64,000 bases of DNA from the human T2T-CHM13v2.0 reference genome, Homo sapiens (GCF_009914755.1 NC_060926.1); one strand, 5' to 3'. Counted from the first letter of the stretch, positions 1-12,910 are shown. Made by a program: numbers and translations. The notes: generated by a model not told the origin, from the sequence alone.

Positions 1-164
1 CCAACTGTAGAGCATCTTCATGGTTTATCCATGACTAGAATCAATTATTAAATCAAAAATACTTGTGAATATTTGCCTTCTATGTATCAGATATTGTCCT
101 AAGCACATCAGATAAAATAGTGAATAACATTTTTGTCCTCTAAGAATTGACAATATAATGTCAT

Positions 165-626
165 TGAGTCGAATTTGGTCCATTTGCTCACATGCAGTGG
201 AAAGCCAAACACTGAAGCACCAGGTTTTTGCAGCAAGGAAAGTTTATTGTAAGTCTGTTGACAAGGAGATAGGAGGAAATGCTCAAATCTGCCTCCCTGA
301 GCTGGGGGTTGGGTCATGTTTTATAAGCATAAATAACAAGGTATGATCTGATTGGATCTTGCAATAAGGTGGTGCTGAGAGACATGATTTGAGTGGACCC
401 TCCTATGGGGTGATGCCAGGGACTTGACCTGATTAACCCTACATCCTGCCATGCAGTATCCACCTCTTAATTCAGTCCCTCTTCTGAGTACTTACATTCC
501 ACTGGTACTTAGTTCATCTGGGCATGCCCATCGGGTTTCATAACCTTTAGTGTAAGGGACCCATGGCAACTGAAAAACAACTCACAACTTTGTTACATAA
601 AAATTCAGTCTGATTGGTCTGATGTA
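165..626 (-). mobile_element. ERV1 (MER4-group, MER31/MER67-like) solo LTR
   Basis: Motifs 'aggagataggaggaaatgctcaaatctgcctccctgagctgggg' and 'ggcaactgaaaaacaactcacaactttgttacataaaa' resemble MER4-group LTRs; subfamily and ends approximate. Confidence 0.5.
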
Positions 627-699
627 ATATAATAGCAGTAGAGATAATCTGATGATTATAATAGCAGTAGAGAAAAAAATGAACACATAAATTATATTC

Positions 700-2250
700 A
701 ATAAAATGTCTTTGCTATGAAATGCCAAAAAAGAAAAACGAAACTGGGTTGGAGTTATCAGGAGTATTATTTTGGCAAGATGGTCAGCAAAATATTTGAG
801 CACAAACCTAAATATAGTGAGAGACCTGAATAAGCATGAAGATCTGTAGAAAGAGGATTCCAGGGACAAGGAGAGTAAAAAGCAGGAGCCTTCTTGGCTT
901 ATTAACAGAGTAACAAGCTGTCCCATATGACTAGTGTCAGTACCCAAACAAGATAAAGACTGGATATTATTCTAACTGCAACCTGAAGCTATGGAAGGTT
1001 TGATGTGGGGGAGTGACATGCTCTATTTTATTTTATTTTATTTTATTTTATTTTATTTTATTTTATTTTATTTTATTTTTTGAGACTGAGTCTTGATCTA
1101 TCACCCAGGTTGGAGTGCAATGGCGCAATCCCAGCTCACTGCAGCCTCTGCCTCCCAAGTTGAAGTAATTTTCATGCCTTAGCCTCCCAAATAGCTGAGA
1201 TTACAGGTGCCCACCACCACACCCAGCTAATTTTTGTATTTTTAGTAAAGAGAGTTTCACCACGTTGGCCAGGCTGGTTTTGAACTCTTGTCCTCAAGTG
1301 ATCTGCCACCCTGCCTGGCCTCTTATTTACATTTGAAAAGAGCCTTATTGGATGTGGTATAGGGAAGGTATTTTCAGAGTGTAGTGTAGAACAGCAAGGG
1401 ATACAGTTTTGAGGCCCTTGCAGAATTCCAGGTGAAAGAAGTTAATGGTTGGAATCGATTTAGTAAAAGTGAAGGTGATGCAAAAGTCAAATTTGGAATA
1501 TATTCTGAAGGTGTAGAACACAGAGTTTGGTGATAAAATGATTGCAGAGTGGGGAAAAAAGGAAGCCTCAAAAATGTCTGTTAGGTGGTGTGGCCTGAGC
1601 AACGTTAGGAATAATGGCATAATTTTTTGAGTTGAGGAACATTAGAAGCAGGTTTGAGATAAAAATCAAAATTAGCTTTTGAACACATTAAATTTGAGGT
1701 GATAGTAGCTTTCCAACTGAACTATTACAGTCCAGTTCAGAGGAAAGATTTAGAATATAAATTTGGGCACCATTAGCTTATAAATTTAGTATTTATTGAG
1801 AAGAAATTGAGTCCTGGGGAACTCCAACATTCATGGATTAGAGCAAATAGGAAGATTCTAGAAGTGAGACTAAGAAAAAAACTGGAATAGAAGGAAAACA
1901 AAGAAAATGAGAAGATGGACAAGTGAGTTACTCAAGAAGACATAGTAATCAATTGTTTCAAAGGCTTTTTGGTTTACTGAGATAAGAATTCACCATTGAG
2001 TTTGGCAATGGGGAGTTTGTTGATGATCTCACTAAGAGGTTTCTCTGGAATGGTAATAAAAGTGTGATTTAAGTGAGTTTAAGAGGTAATAATTGGGGAG
2101 GCGGGAGGAGAGGAGGGGAGGAAGTGGAGATAGCAAATATAGACAATGCCTTAAAGCAGTTTTGCAATGAATTTGAGTAAAAGTGAGGTGATGACTGAAG
2201 GGAGATGGGCAAGGAAATTGATGGTGCAGGATATGTAGTGGATAACTGCA
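700..2250 (-). mobile_element. Degraded L2 LINE, interrupted by the Alu at 1024-1320
   Basis: Purine-rich L2-type phrases ('ggggaactccaacatt', 'accattgagtttggcaatggggag', 'gaagtggagatagcaaatatagacaa'); ends approximate. Confidence 0.6.
1024..1320 (-). mobile_element. Alu (S/J-type) with (TATTT)n tail and ~41 bp deletion in the left arm
   Basis: Reverse-complement Alu from 'tgagactgagtc' to 'cctggcc'; tail is a pentanucleotide microsatellite at 1024-1080. Confidence 0.95.
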
Positions 2251-2369
2251 TTTCCATTCAGGAACACCCTCAATTTAAATATTTTGAAGTCTTTACTCTC
2301 GGGCTTGTCAGAACACCTAGTAAAGCCTCTTATTAAATCATATGTGAAATAGATAATCCTAACAGCCAG

Positions 2370-2742
2370 TGTATTAGTCTATTTTCACACTGCTATAAAG
2401 AAATACCCGAGACTGGTTAATTTATAAAAGAAAGAGATTTAGTTGACTCACAGTTCCACATGGCTGGGGAGGCCTCAGGAAACTTACAATCATGGTGGAA
2501 GGCAAAGGGGAAGCAAGCTTGGACCTTCTCACATGGCAGTAGGAGAAAGTGAGTGTCAGCACAGGAAAAACTGCCATTTATAAAACCATCAGACTTCGTG
2601 AAAATTCACTCACTGTCACGAGAACAGCATGGGGGAAATCGCCCCCATAATCCGATCACTTCCCATGAGGTATCTCCCTGAACACCTGGCGATTACAATT
2701 CAAGATGAGATTTGGGTGGGGACACCAAGCCTAACCATATCA
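2370..2742 (-). mobile_element. MaLR solo LTR (THE1D/MSTA)
   Basis: Starts TGTATTAGTC, ends CCATATCA; 5 bp TSD GCCAG/GCCGG. Confidence 0.9.
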
Positions 2743-2775
2743 GCCGGTATTCTGGAAACCTAGTGAAACAGGAAT

Positions 2776-3240
2776 GCTGGGGTTATAGAGAGAATGGTGG
2801 CCCCCAAAGATGTCCACATCCTAATTCCTGGACTTTATGGATATGCTACCTTTGGCAAAAGGGACTTGGCAGATGTTATTAAGGTGAGGACTTTGTGATG
2901 GGAAGATTTTCTTAGATTGTCCAATGGGAAAAATGTATTCACAGGATTTTTAAGAGTGGAGGTAAGAAAGGGTGGAAGATGTGACTACAGAAGCCAGGCA
3001 CCAAGAAATGCAGTGTTGCTGCCTCCGGAGATGGAGAAAGGGGTCACCCAAAGAATATAAGTGTCCCCTGAACCTGGAAAAGGCAAGGAAAGAGATTCTT
3101 CTCTAGGAGTGCAGCTCTGCTGATACCTGACTCTCTGATGTTAGCCCATGAGGCCCAAGTTGTATTTCCATCCTACAGAGCTATAAGATAATACAGTTCC
3201 ATGGTTTAAGCCACTAACTTTGTGGTAATTTTTGCAGTAT
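2776..3240 (+). mobile_element. MaLR MLT1 (MLT1C/D-like) LTR
   Basis: 'ggcccccaaagatgtccacatcctaattcctgga', 'ctggaaaaggcaaggaaa', 'tttaagccactaactttgtggtaattt'. Confidence 0.8.
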
Positions 3241-3983
3241 GTAAACTTTTACTTAAACCTCTGTTTACAGGATGGTGTCCCCATTAAGTGCACCAGCTGT
3301 TCTCTAGTCCAAAGACCCTTTTGTGACCCTCTCCAGATAGTAAACCAGCAATCACCGGCAGGGGGAGGGGATGGGCAATCACTTACCTGTGTGGACCAGG
3401 GGAGAGGATCTAAAGGTTTGGGTACTTCTTATACTTTCAATAAATCCTTCAGTTTTTTTAAGCCTCATTTTCATCCTCATTTCCAGAGGTACTTGGTGCC
3501 ATGAATTCCAGAATTTTTTCTTTGTTCTGTGTTGTAAATTGAGTTATTTTTGGTGTTTCCCTTTGAAGGTTTAGTATCAGTTTTTTCAGATGCGCTAAGG
3601 AGTTACCAGGAGCCCGTCTACTTTCCATTTCTTGTACTTGTCCTCTCCCATGTTCTCTGTCCTTGTGGAGTAATGCCTTTCCCTCCCAATTATTATTATT
3701 ATTATTAATTATTATTATTGTTTTGGTAACAAATTCCTTTACTATTGCTTTTGTAGCATATTGGGAGTGAATGGAGACTAATATGTACATTCACTGGATT
3801 TCATTAACCAGAAGTCTTCCCTCTTCTTTTTCAGTGAAATAATAAATGAACATCAGCAGATAGTGTGCAGGCAGGAAGGGAAGCAATTTCCAGTTTTTAT
3901 TTTTTTTTTAAGTTTGTCCAGGAAAGGACATTTAAGCTATCCCATGGATTTTCCTTCTACTATTGACTTTTGCCACAGAAGAA

Positions 3984-4028
3984 ATTAAAGTCCATAGTTA
4001 TTAAAGTCCATAGAATTAAAGTCCCTAT
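3984..4028. repeat. Three tandem copies of ATTAAAGTCC(A/C)TA (15-16 bp period)
   Basis: Copies start at 3984, 4000 and 4015. Confidence 0.85.
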
Positions 4029-4074
4029 ATTAGAAGGCATTATTACAACTTTTTTGTATACCATTCTCTGCTAA

Positions 4075-4430
<356 letters not shown>

Positions 4431-4869
4431 TTTTTCTGTTTTTAATGTGTGTATAAAAGAAACTCTTAAAGTGCAGGATAATTCATTAGCATAGCATGAT
4501 CTAGGGAGCACCAAAAGCTCTTTAGCGTATTGTTATTAAAGTGCTTATTTCTTAACCTTGACATTGTATCTGAATTGCTAGATCAGCAAATGGCATGATT
4601 TATTTCATCATCATTGCCATTTTCATCTTTATCTTTATCATTATCACTAGAACAAAATACTTATAGTGCTAGGGATCATGTCTGTCTCTATTTCAGTTCT
4701 GTACCCCAACACCCAGGCGAGGACTTAGTATGTAGCAAGCTATCAAAAATATTGACTAAATGAATCACTGACAAATAACAACTTTGTATCCCAACAGCTA
4801 GCAAAAGATATTTTCACATAGAAAGTCTTTATTAAACCATTTTGAAAAATAATTATAAAATTAATTTCT

Positions 4870-5560
4870 ATTTGGGATGTGATATAAATAGAGAGAAATG
4901 CCCCCATCATAGGGGTACAGCTGGATGAATTTTAACAATGTGAACACAACTGTGTAACCAGCCCAGAGGTCAAGAAACAAAATGTTATCAAGACTACCTA
5001 AGTCCCTATCAGTCACTAACCATTTCCTCAAAGGTAGCCACTTTTCTGACTTCTGACACCCTAGATTAGTATTACCTATTCATTAACTTCATTGGAACAG
5101 GATCATATGTACTCTTTTGTGTCTAGCTTCTTTGGTTCAACATTATATTTTTGACTGTCACTCATATTCTTTCATTCATTCTCATCACTTTATGGCATTT
5201 ACTATAATATATTTATAGGTTATACTCTTGCTGAACATTTGGACTGTTTCTAGGTTGGTTCATTATGAATAGTGCTGCTATGAACATTTTCAGTCAGCTT
5301 TGGTTTTTGGTTTGGTACACATTTATATGCATTTCTATAGAAATATAAGTGGATTGTTGGGTTACATAGTATGTATAGGTTTAGCTTTAGTAGACATTGC
5401 CAACCAGTTTTCAAAACAGATTATGCTCCCACCAGCAGCATGAGAAGAATTAATTATAATCGCTCTGCATTCTTGCCAGCTTTTGATATTTTCCATGTTT
5501 TTACAATTTAATCCATTTTGGCAAGCATATAGTGGTATAACACTTTGGTTTTAATTTGAT
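4870..5560 (-). mobile_element. Old L1M 3' fragment
   Basis: 'catttggactgtttctaggtt', 'gaatagtgctgctatgaacatt', 'gctcccaccagcagcatgag'. Confidence 0.7.
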
Positions 5561-6030
5561 TGAATCTTCTTCATCTTTAACAATAGTGTGATTATCTCAT
5601 TATTGCCAGTACTTATCTCAAAACCTGACACAGAGTAGGCCAAGCACCCATGATGCATACATCTGTGCTATGTGATTAATTGCTGCATGAAAATACTTGC
5701 TCATTGCCCTTTGTTTTTTTTTGATTTGAAAAATTCTTTACTGAAATGCAGAAGTTACCTGAAAGAATACCTATTCAGATATTTTTCATATTACTTTGCC
5801 ATGACTTTAAAAATGGGTGGGATAAAGTTTAGGAAATTTTACATGGTATCAGATAGAAGTTTGGGAAAGGTTTAAGAAAGCCACAGGAAGTAGGAAGGTT
5901 CTAGCTATCACAAAGTGATGGATTTATTCAGAGAAGGAGAGCCTTCAAGATTCATTACAATAAAAAGAATATGCACTCAGTGCTGGACCTGAGTAAATGT
6001 ATTGCAGGTCTCTTGAAATATAAAGTTCTT

Positions 6031-6078
6031 CAAGGTCAACCATTGCCTTTAGTCCAAGGTCAACCATTGCCTCTAGTC
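6031..6078. repeat. 24 bp tandem duplication carrying two CAAGGTCA nuclear-receptor half-sites
   Basis: caaggtcaaccattgcctttagtc followed by caaggtcaaccattgcctctagtc (1 mismatch). Confidence 0.9.
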
Positions 6079-6300
6079 TTTCCATTGTTCTCCCTTGCCC
6101 TGATGAATAAATGGTTCTGTACTGAGTTAATGCTCACAAAGCCTGACTGACTAAAGGAGGAAAGTTTTGTTCCCCTTGGTTTCTGTGCTGGTCTTATGTT
6201 ATATTTAACTATCGTCAGTTACTATGATACATCATAACTATTTTAAATATACTCTCCACTGTTTTAAATAATCAAACTATCTTGTGACCTTGCTTTACAG

Positions 6301-6451
6301 ATGTGTGAATACTGCGGATGGTGAAGGTGGAGCAGTGGATAGCAACCTGTGCAACCAGGATGAAATTCCCCCAGAAACCCAGTCCTGTTCTCTTATGTGT
6401 CCCAATGAGTGTGTCATGTCTGAGTGGGGACTTTGGAGCAAATGCCCACAG
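6301..6451 (+). CDS. THSD7B: Internal coding exon (151 nt, phase 2 to 0) of thrombospondin type-1 domain-containing protein 7B: CVNTADGEGGAVDSNLCNQDEIPPETQSCSLMCPNECVMSEWGLWSKCPQ
   Basis: ttgctttacAG acceptor and CAG|GTAATT donor; TSR motif C..SEW..WS.C; in phase with the exon at 50066. Confidence 0.93.
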
Positions 6452-7529
6452 GTAATTTCTCTTTCTTTGTCAATGCTCTGATAATCTATTGTTGCCTTCA
6501 CTGTTGTTCGTTGTGCATTCACAGTGCTAGTCTCCAAAGCATTCTTCTAGTAACATGGGAAAATAATTTTTTTCTTTTTGAGAAATCCAAAGAAAGAAAA
6601 AAAGAAAAAAAAAGTCTGCAAGCAAGACTGAGCAATTTAAAATGCCAGTCCTTCTTCCAGGGCCTTTATCACAGTTACATGAACAAGGAAAATGAGCCTA
6701 TAATGATCACACTAGGATTCAACTGTGCACCCATTGTGAAAGGAGTCTTCTTTAGTAACAAAATGATTCTCCTTATAATATATCTTGGTCCTGTTCCATT
6801 TTTATCCTGGCAGAATCAATTACATCTTAGGAGCTCAACTCCACTGTGTGATTTAGCTTCTGTTAGTGATGATCTGTTTTTGCCTTTTACTGTTTTCCTG
6901 AAGATGAGGCATTCTTTTGCCATGTTTCTACTTCTTCCAAAGCTAACACAAATACCTTAAAAAAAAAAAAAACTAAAGGATATACCTTTATTTTTTTCTT
7001 TTAAAGTCTTAAAAAATTGGAAGCACAACAGGAGTATGGCAAAATAAATATTATTCAAGGAGCATATTTCAACTTACTATTCCCAGAAGATAAATTCTGA
7101 TGTTTTATACTCATACTTCAAAGTAAACACTGAAAAAAATGAAAGTGGGGATTAGGAACAAATTATATGAATTCAAACATTAGAAAGGAAAATTAGGATA
7201 CTTTGAACTTGATTGTCATAGTGATAATTTGTGGAAAGACTATGAAAATCTCTGTATGGAAATGGAAAATATCTTTAAAATCAGTTAATATCGTATGTTT
7301 AGAGCTTCAAATTATTGATTCCTTATTAAATATTGAGCCCTTATCTTTGATATTTGTATAATTCTATTCCTGAAAGAGATTTCACTCTATTGTTATTTTT
7401 ATTTGTTGAGTTGTTTTTAGAGCAATATAATATTGACATGAAGAGAAACTGATAAGAATAACTTGTAGAAGTGGGATATTTGTACTACTAAGTCATTTAT
7501 TTTGTGTGTAACCTGAATATAATGAAAAT

Positions 7530-7750
7530 TAAAATTTATTGACCACTTATTTTGTGCAAGGTACATGTAGGAACTATTCCCTTTAGTACTCGTACTAATC
7601 CTGTTAGGTTGGTAGTATTACTAGTTCATTGTTCAGCTTAGAAACTGATGTGTAGAAAGGTTAAGTGGTTTGCACAAAGTTTTGTACTTAATAAGTGATG
7701 AGCTCAGAATGAACATTATTCTATTGATGAAGCCAGAGATTTTGCTCTTA
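7530..7750 (-). mobile_element. MIR SINE
   Basis: MIR core 'gaaactgatgtgtagaaaggttaagtggtttgcacaaagt'. Confidence 0.65.
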
Positions 7751-10554
7751 TATTCTCGGCCCAGTTATCTTGGAAAAATTAAGGTGGATTTAGACTCAAT
7801 ACTTTTCTTTGTTTAAAATGCAATATTTATTTGAAGAAGAAGGGTAGCTGTTTTAGTTATCTGTGTGATTATTCCATGAGTGAGTATTATGTTTATATTT
7901 TAGAAAGTGTGCTAGTACCACTCTTTATTAATCAACCTATAGAAGAATTAGCAGCCTGAAGAAGTTTAATTAAATGTAAGGTCATGATCTTCCTCACTTT
8001 TGTTTTTCTAATTTACTCACAGAAGACTCCATTAAGCTCTAATCACTTCGCAATGAAAACATTGCCGTCTTAAGGTATCTGGCCACTGGGCTAAAATTTT
8101 TATTGTAAGAACGTTTTACACAAAGTTGTGAAGGTTTAGCATTCTGTGTTTGCTTCTTTTGGGTTTTTGTTTTTTCAAGGCTTCTTTTTCGAAACATAAT
8201 TATTTAATTTTTGGAGTGTTTAGAAATTGGAGGTAGAGAAAATATTTTAACCTCCTTTCATGTGTCAGAAAGACAACATAGTTACTCACTTGTCAGCATG
8301 AAATGGGAAGGTTGTTCCTTTACCTGCTTATGTACCTTCCAAGTTACATAATGATAGAAGCTATGACAATGACAATACAGACTTTTATTGAGCATATCTT
8401 ATATAACCAACATTATACTGAAAGCTACATGTAACTCTTAAGTTTTATAACAACATTGCACTATGATGATGTAACACTTGTCCATGGCCACTCAGGTCTG
8501 TCTGACCACAATGGCCTTGTCCTTTTCAGATGCTATGCTGTACTTTCCCATGTAAATGTAAACTTCAAAGTGAAAAAATGGTAATTAGGGCTCATACCTG
8601 ATTATTTTCCCTAAATCTAGGTATATTGCATAACTTTAGTTAAGTTGCAAGATCTTAGCATAATGTCCCGTCATCATAGGACAATCCCAATCAGTATTGG
8701 ACAATGATAATGAGAATGATTATAGCAAAGGCAGCAAACTAAATCATTGTGCCTGTAATTTAATTAGCACTTCAATGTGCATTTCATTAGAAAAAGGAAA
8801 CAATTATTTTATAAGTGTCCTGTAGAACATGAGCTGATTTAAGGATCTTTAATATTTGCCATTATTTTACCAAATTCTCCTTTGATAGTCTGCAGTGTGA
8901 CATATGATATTGGGACAAATTCACTATTTGTTGGGTATTTTCTCCTCCAAAGATACTTCTTTAGAGACAAACACATAAATAAGCTGAACATGTATTTAAG
9001 TGTGGTTGCAGCAAGTTATTTAAACATCTGAGTTACAGGTTTCTTACTGGGAAGTGAGGACAATAATAGCTATTTTTTTCAGATTGTTTAAAAAATTAGA
9101 TATAATATGTATAAAATAAATTTCATAAGTTATTACCTAACACAGAATTGTGATGAAGAAGAACCACCACAAAGCCCCCTCCCACTTACCTTGTTTGCCA
9201 CATGGTTGGGAAATCCCAGACAGGGAGCAGTACATTTTTTAAGCTATACAGGAAAGATCCCTTCCCCTGCACAAAATAAGTTATTACTTGATCTTTTAGA
9301 AATAAAATGTCACCTCCATTACTGAAACATGACTTATATCTAATTTAATAGTAGTCCTTAAAAACAATGCATCACAAAGATAACTTTGAATGAATGGATT
9401 ACTGACCTGACAGTAACTACCAATTGCAAACCATACAGAAGAACAAATAAGACAAAGGCATTAAAAATTGTACTGGGACCATTTTTTTAAAACTGTATTG
9501 GGAAAACCATAAATGGATCAAGCAAAAACAAATACAATTCAAGGAGGAATTTGAAGAAAATGAAAAACTATTTGTTTCCTTTGTTTTATGTTCATGTTTT
9601 TTCTTATTCCCATAACACACATATATATATATATATATTTTTACTTTAACATGCTTACTTTTCTAGAATGCTTTACTATGAAAGGAAAGTTGTGTAATTG
9701 TGCATACAATAACATTCCTAATAGTGTTTACTCTTTAAAAGTATGTGTGTGTATACATGTTTATACATGTATGTAAGTACATGCATACACATACAAATAT
9801 ACAGACATTTCGTAGTTCATTACTTACCACCCAATGTTCTCTTTTACCTAACTAATTTTTTCCAGTTTTTGTCCTGATCCTACATACTTCAGAATTATGC
9901 TGAGGATTATTCATAGAATCATCTATTCTTCAAGAGAAGTTTATAAATTTCTGGATGCAAATATCTTGGAACATTTGAAGTTGATTAGCCACTTATGTAT
10001 CTGAAACAATATTGGGTTGCCTTCATTTATGCTACCAATCCTTACTGAAATTTTCCATTGAGTAACACAGATTTTCTATTTATATCTCTCCTTGGAGTCT
10101 TGGCAAAGGAATTTCCTAAACATTGATATTGATAGGACAAGTGTATTGGAAGTGAATTTCCAAACTGTTGTATATTTTGCAGAAGCAAGACTTTGCAAAC
10201 CCACTCCAGAAAGATGACTTAGATTTAGCAAACCTGTTTGAACTTTGATTCACCTCTAGCTGAATGTATCAGGGGTTGGCCAGAACTGTAGCCAAGCATC
10301 CCTTCACATAGTGGGAATTAGAGGCTCATTAAACAGTGGTCCCAAGGAAACTTCATGATCAAAAAGTGACCAAAATCTTTGAATTATCACCAGAACAATC
10401 TGTGAGAAACGATCACAAAGGAAGACTTTGCAAAGAAACTATATAGGGCTTAAGTGCAATGGAATCTGGATTCTGTCACAGTCTGAATATTGTGTTTTTA
10501 AAATTCACCTTATTTCTGTGCTTTATTCTTTTCTGTAACTCTTTATGTGTGCAG

Positions 10555-10650
10555 GAGATACTAGTGAAAGCCAATGCAGAAGCTGCCATTATTTCTTCAG
10601 GCAAATGCCCTGCTTTAGAAGAGAAAGAGAAATGCATGCCGGTTTTCTGA
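10555..10650 (+). CDS. Candidate alternative or relic THSD7B exon encoding a TSR-like half-domain: EILVKANAEAAIISSGKCPALEEKEKCMPVF*
   Basis: ~70 nt AG-free, pyrimidine-rich acceptor ending gtgcAG at 10553-54; phase 0 matches the donor at 6451; C-x8-C spacing equals that of the 50066 exon. No transcript evidence. Confidence 0.4.
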   Translation, partial: EILVKANAEAAIISSGKCPALEEKEKCMPVF

Positions 10651-11676
10651 TAAGTGGTCTATAATTAAGCATTTGAGGTTAAGAAAAACACCCCCCCCCC
10701 TTTTTTTAATGGTGCTCCAGTGTTATTTTGGGGAAAGGCTGTGAGCAATGACATTTTATTCCTGATGACTCAGTATTTTCAGCACCTTGGCATCACCTGT
10801 GTAAATTATGTTTCAGGGAAGCAATTTATCCCAATGTTTAGTACTAGAGCTTAGCTCTAAGCACTTCCTCAACCTCACCTAACAGTCTTTATCACGCAGA
10901 TGGCAACCTGTATTTGTCTCTGGAGGAGGTGCCTAATGATTACAACCCTCATACTACCTAGTTCTTTTCTTTGATTCAAGCTGAAAGCCAGAGGATGAGA
11001 ATGATGATAACTTTCTATAATCTGGACTGTAAATTCTGGTTGCATGTGCTAAATTGATATTGGCCCTTGTCAGATGACAGTAATTCATTACTCAGGGGCT
11101 TGCAGCGTATTTTACCCCTGTGTGCAGTGAGATGTATTATCACTTAGAGCCACTATTACTTCCAGAACCATATGAGGCACTGCAAGAAGGGTGCCTCATT
11201 TCGTGCATTGGAGCAGTGAATGACAATCTAATAGAAGCAGTCTTTAGGCTCCTCAAGTTTTTGATATTTAATATGCTTGTTATCATTCTTTCTTACACAG
11301 TCTGATTTCTTTGATTCTCAATATCATCAATTTGGAGTACAAAGTAAGGCTTCCATTGCCCTCAATTTCCATCTGTCTCTCCCTTTGCCCCGACACCTTC
11401 CATTCTATCTCCATTTCTATCTCTACCTCTATTTCATGAAATTCTCAGTTATAAAAAACATTATGATGGGCCCTATACATTGATCATCCTGCTTCAACAA
11501 TTATCTACATATGACAAACCTTATTTCATTTATCTCTTCTTCCCCCACTTCTCTTTCCTTTTCTTACTAGCAGACTAAGGCATATCCCACATTTTATATT
11601 ATTTCAGCCATAAATACTTCTATATATCTTCCTAAGAGAGAATGATTAATGACAACAACTACACCTAACAACACTT

Positions 11677-11722
11677 TTCTACACCTTGTAAAAGTATAAT
11701 TCTATACCTTGTAAAAGTATAA
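11677..11722. repeat. 23 bp tandem duplication
   Basis: ttctacaccttgtaaaagtataa / ttctataccttgtaaaagtataa. Confidence 0.9.
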
Positions 11723-11899
11723 TTTTCAAAAAATTAAAAACGTGACTCATACAAAGTATCAAAAGTTAATTAACTGATTATTCATTAAACTAGCACGATT
11801 GTAACGCGATTCAAGAGAATTGGAGAGAGAAGAGAATTTTCACATCTAAAAGTGATGGAATATCATTGGATTTCTTTGGACTGGATTTATGCTCCATAG

Positions 11900-12910
11900 T
11901 AAACAATGTTATAAAGGGCAAAATATATAAACCAACAGTTTTGATACTTTGGATGAGTAGCATGGGACTCTGGTGATTGAGGAAGAAAACCAAATGAAGT
12001 GAGCCTTACAATCACCATGGCTGTCTAGCTAGAGGCACTTTCTGAATGGTGATGAAAGGAACGAGATTCCAAGGAGACCATGGTGAGGATCCAGCAACCA
12101 GAGTTGGAGAGGTACAGGAAGTTGAAATTTGAGACACAAAATACTGAAAAGAAAAGAGCTAGGCAAACAAAATGATCTAGATATCTATATGGGACCTCCT
12201 GGAGTTCTTAGCTAACTACTAATTTGGACATTCATGGAGTGAAACTCCCCAAGTTCAGACAAAGAATGACTTCTGAGAATCTGCAAGATGTACATATTCT
12301 AAAGCTCACATAGGTCTAGGAGACATTTCAATTTCATGTAGTGTGAACAGTGATACCTCTTCAAGCTCTGAGACCATTTGTTAATGACCTAACAAGGGTT
12401 TTGCCTTAGCAGGAGGGCTAAATTTACCTTAAAGTCTACTCCAGAATTTCCCTAATGAAATTTAAAGACAAACCACAGAAAGACCAAGCTGATCCACAGG
12501 TAACATTACTGCCTGCTAAAACATACTTCAACACATTCGAATGGAAGACACCAGCCCCCACCCCACCCAAGCATTCAGCAGTGTTACAATCACAATGTCT
12601 AGGACTGGTTATTGGCTAGAGAGGGGAAATGATAGGGACCTAGGTGGTTTTGGTAATATTTTGTTTGTTTGTTTCTTTTTTACAAGGTAACATTTTATTT
12701 CATGAGCTCTATTCTGGCTATATAGGTGTTTTCACTTGAAAACATAGTTACTAAGCACAGAAAGAAAAAAAGAATGGAAAAGAAATGAATAGAGACTAAG
12801 TGATCTGTACAACAACAGCAAGTCATTTAACGTTTGCATAATTAGAGCCCTGGAAGTGGACAGAAAAATATTTGAAGAAATAATAGCTCAAATTATTTCA
12901 AATCTTGGAA
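11900..12910 (+). mobile_element. Old L1M 5'UTR/ORF1 fragments
   Basis: 'gaagtgagccttacaatcacc…' and ORF1-like 'aaaatatttgaagaaataatagctcaaattatttcaaat'; boundaries approximate. Confidence 0.55.

Noticed and set aside
3984-4028. Short spaced direct repeats as a CRISPR-like array
   Set aside because: Adjacent slippage copies with no spacers, in eukaryotic DNA; no CRISPR, tRNA or rRNA genes were seen in the window.
6424-6960. 178 aa ORF overlapping the end of the first exon
   Set aside because: Different frame from the TSR exon, non-ATG start, runs through A/T-rich intron, no recognisable domain.
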